DNA of 64,000 nt from Octopus sinensis (taxonomy: Eukaryota), in contig NC_043019.1 of assembly GCF_006345805.1 (NCBI RefSeq), positions 12,089,360 through 12,153,359 on the forward strand, given 5' to 3'. A model generated the notes under the pieces. That model worked only from the letters and a program-made list of their open reading frames with translations, had not been told where the DNA came from and did no database searches. Positions 62,101-64,000 of the stretch are shown in pieces. The position numbers and the translations under genes are program-made. Position 1 is the first letter of the stretch; each line of letters starts with the position of its first letter.

Positions 62101-62806
62101 TTTGAACTCAGAACGTAACGACAGACGAAATACGGCTACGCATTTCGCCCGGCGTGCTAACGTTTCTGCCAGCTCGCATCTATATGTCTATGTATCTATG
62201 TACACACACATATATATATATACTTCCACATACACACACACATATGCATATATTTTTTCATACACACATACACACACACACACGCATATAGCTTCCATCT
62301 ACCAGTATGCATCAACGTTAGTGCTGGATGCTTATATACCAGTATTCACAAATCTATAACTCACAAACTCCAGCTGTGCCTTCCAGAGATGGTATTAGGT
62401 TTCACTTTTGCGTTCCTAAAACAGCTTTAATATCTAACCTTGATTTTTAAAGTATTTATGGCAAAAATGAAGACTCAGTAGAAGCTGTTTATGTGCAGTG
62501 ATTAACGAATGTACTTTAGTGAGCCATACTGTCTACACGTATGAATGTGTATAGGGAGATGTATACATGTACGTGTCTTTTACTCTTTACTCTTTTACTT
62601 GTTTCAGTCATTTGACTGCGGCCATGCTGGAGCACCGCCTTTAGTCGAGCAAATCGACCCCGGGTACTTATTCTTTGTAAGCCCAGTACTTATTCTTTCG
62701 GTCTCTTTTGCCAAACCGCTAAGTGACCGGGACGTAAACACACCAGCATCGGTTGTCAAGCAATGCTAGGGGGACAAACACTGACACACAAACATATACA
62801 CACACA

Positions 62807-62843
<37 letters not shown>

Positions 62844-64000
62844 GACAGGCTTCTTTCAGTTTCCGTCTACCAAATCCACTCACAAGGCTTTGGTTGGCCC
62901 GGGGCTATAGCAGAAGACACTTGCCCAAGATGCCACGCAGTGGGACTGAACCCGGAACCATGTGGTTGGTTAGCAAACTACTTACTACACAGCCACTCCT
63001 GGAGGCCCCACCTGAGCTAATCGTTGAGAGGACGTTGGTGTTGCCTTGGTGGAGGTTTGCACTCTCTGAGTGCTCTTGTTATAAAGGGGGTCAAGGGGAT
63101 TCATAGGTGAAAACTGGTTCAGAACCTCTGAATGAGTTGATATTTTTTGAATTTTTTTCAGAAAAAAACTTTTATTTTCAAGTGGGAAATTGTGTTTTCT
63201 TTTCCTTTAATGCAAAACTATCAAATTTAGCCTGAACACCCTACATCTATGTATGTGTATATATAGATATACTCTTTTACTCTTTTACTTGTTTCAGTCA
63301 GTTGACTGCGGCCATGCTGGAGCACCGCCTTTAATCGAGCAACTCGACCCCAGGACTTATTCTTTTGTAAGCCCAGTACTTATTCTGTCGGTCTCTTTTG
63401 CCGAACCGCTAAGTAACGGGGACATAAACACACCAGCATCGGTTGTCAAGCAATGCTAGGGGGACAAACACAGACACACAAAGACACACACGCATATATA
63501 TATATACATATATGCGATGGGCTTCTTTCAGTTTCCGCCTACCGAATCGATTCACAAGGCTTTGGTCGGCCCGAGGCTATAGTAGAAGACACTTGCCCAA
63601 GGTGCCACACAGTGGGACTGAACCCGGAACCATGTGGTTAGGAAGCAAGCTTCTTACCACACAGCCACTCCTGCGCCTATGTATAAATATAATATACGTG
63701 TGTCTTTTTTATTTATAAATATAATTTTACACACTCACACACACACACACACACATAGTGTTGCTCTTGAACATGAAAAAGAAATGTCATATGTAGCTCT
63801 TGTGTGCAATACGGCAGGTATATTTGACCGCTCCAGCTTATACATCAGGTATACCTGTGTTATGCCAGCCTTTTGTGTACAACACTACAGGTGTATTTGA
63901 CCGCTCCTTCTTATGTGTTGTACAACTAGTAATATCTGTGCCATGTCAGTCTTTACAGCAATGTAGGGTGGTGTTGCATAGTCCTATATTTTGGTATGCA

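Overview
Eukaryotic, very AT-rich, repeat-saturated genomic DNA. The SINE families, (TA)n/(CA)n/(AAT)n load and mollusc-like gene structures point to a coleoid cephalopod, most likely Octopus (inference; no database search was run). Three protein-coding genes can be reconstructed by hand. (1) The last two coding exons of geranylgeranyl pyrophosphate synthase GGPS1 (+, 1138-2248). (2) A complete, phase-consistent 16-exon MUTYH adenine DNA glycosylase gene (-, ATG 38832 to stop 7155, 1455 nt, 484 aa) with intact catalytic, [4Fe-4S], Zn-linchpin and FSH motifs. (3) The first coding exon of an SLC35E1-type transporter (+, 48995-49331), divergent from MUTYH; its next exon was not found in the window. 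Almost all ORF-track entries are spurious translations of SINEs and microsatellites. The rest is at least five SINE-like families, CR1/L2 and RTE LINE fragments, mariner fragments, hAT/TTAA/TA-type MITEs, non-autonomous Helitrons and a 1.85 kb (AAT)n array. The most notable non-genic signals are several minimal type I hammerhead-ribozyme-like motifs of the Penelope class (one family shows helix I covariation), a high density of long foldbacks inside MUTYH and SLC35E1 introns (candidate ADAR substrates), a MUTYH acceptor with a (CA)n tract in place of a polypyrimidine tract, and a SINE starting at intron position +6 of a MUTYH donor.
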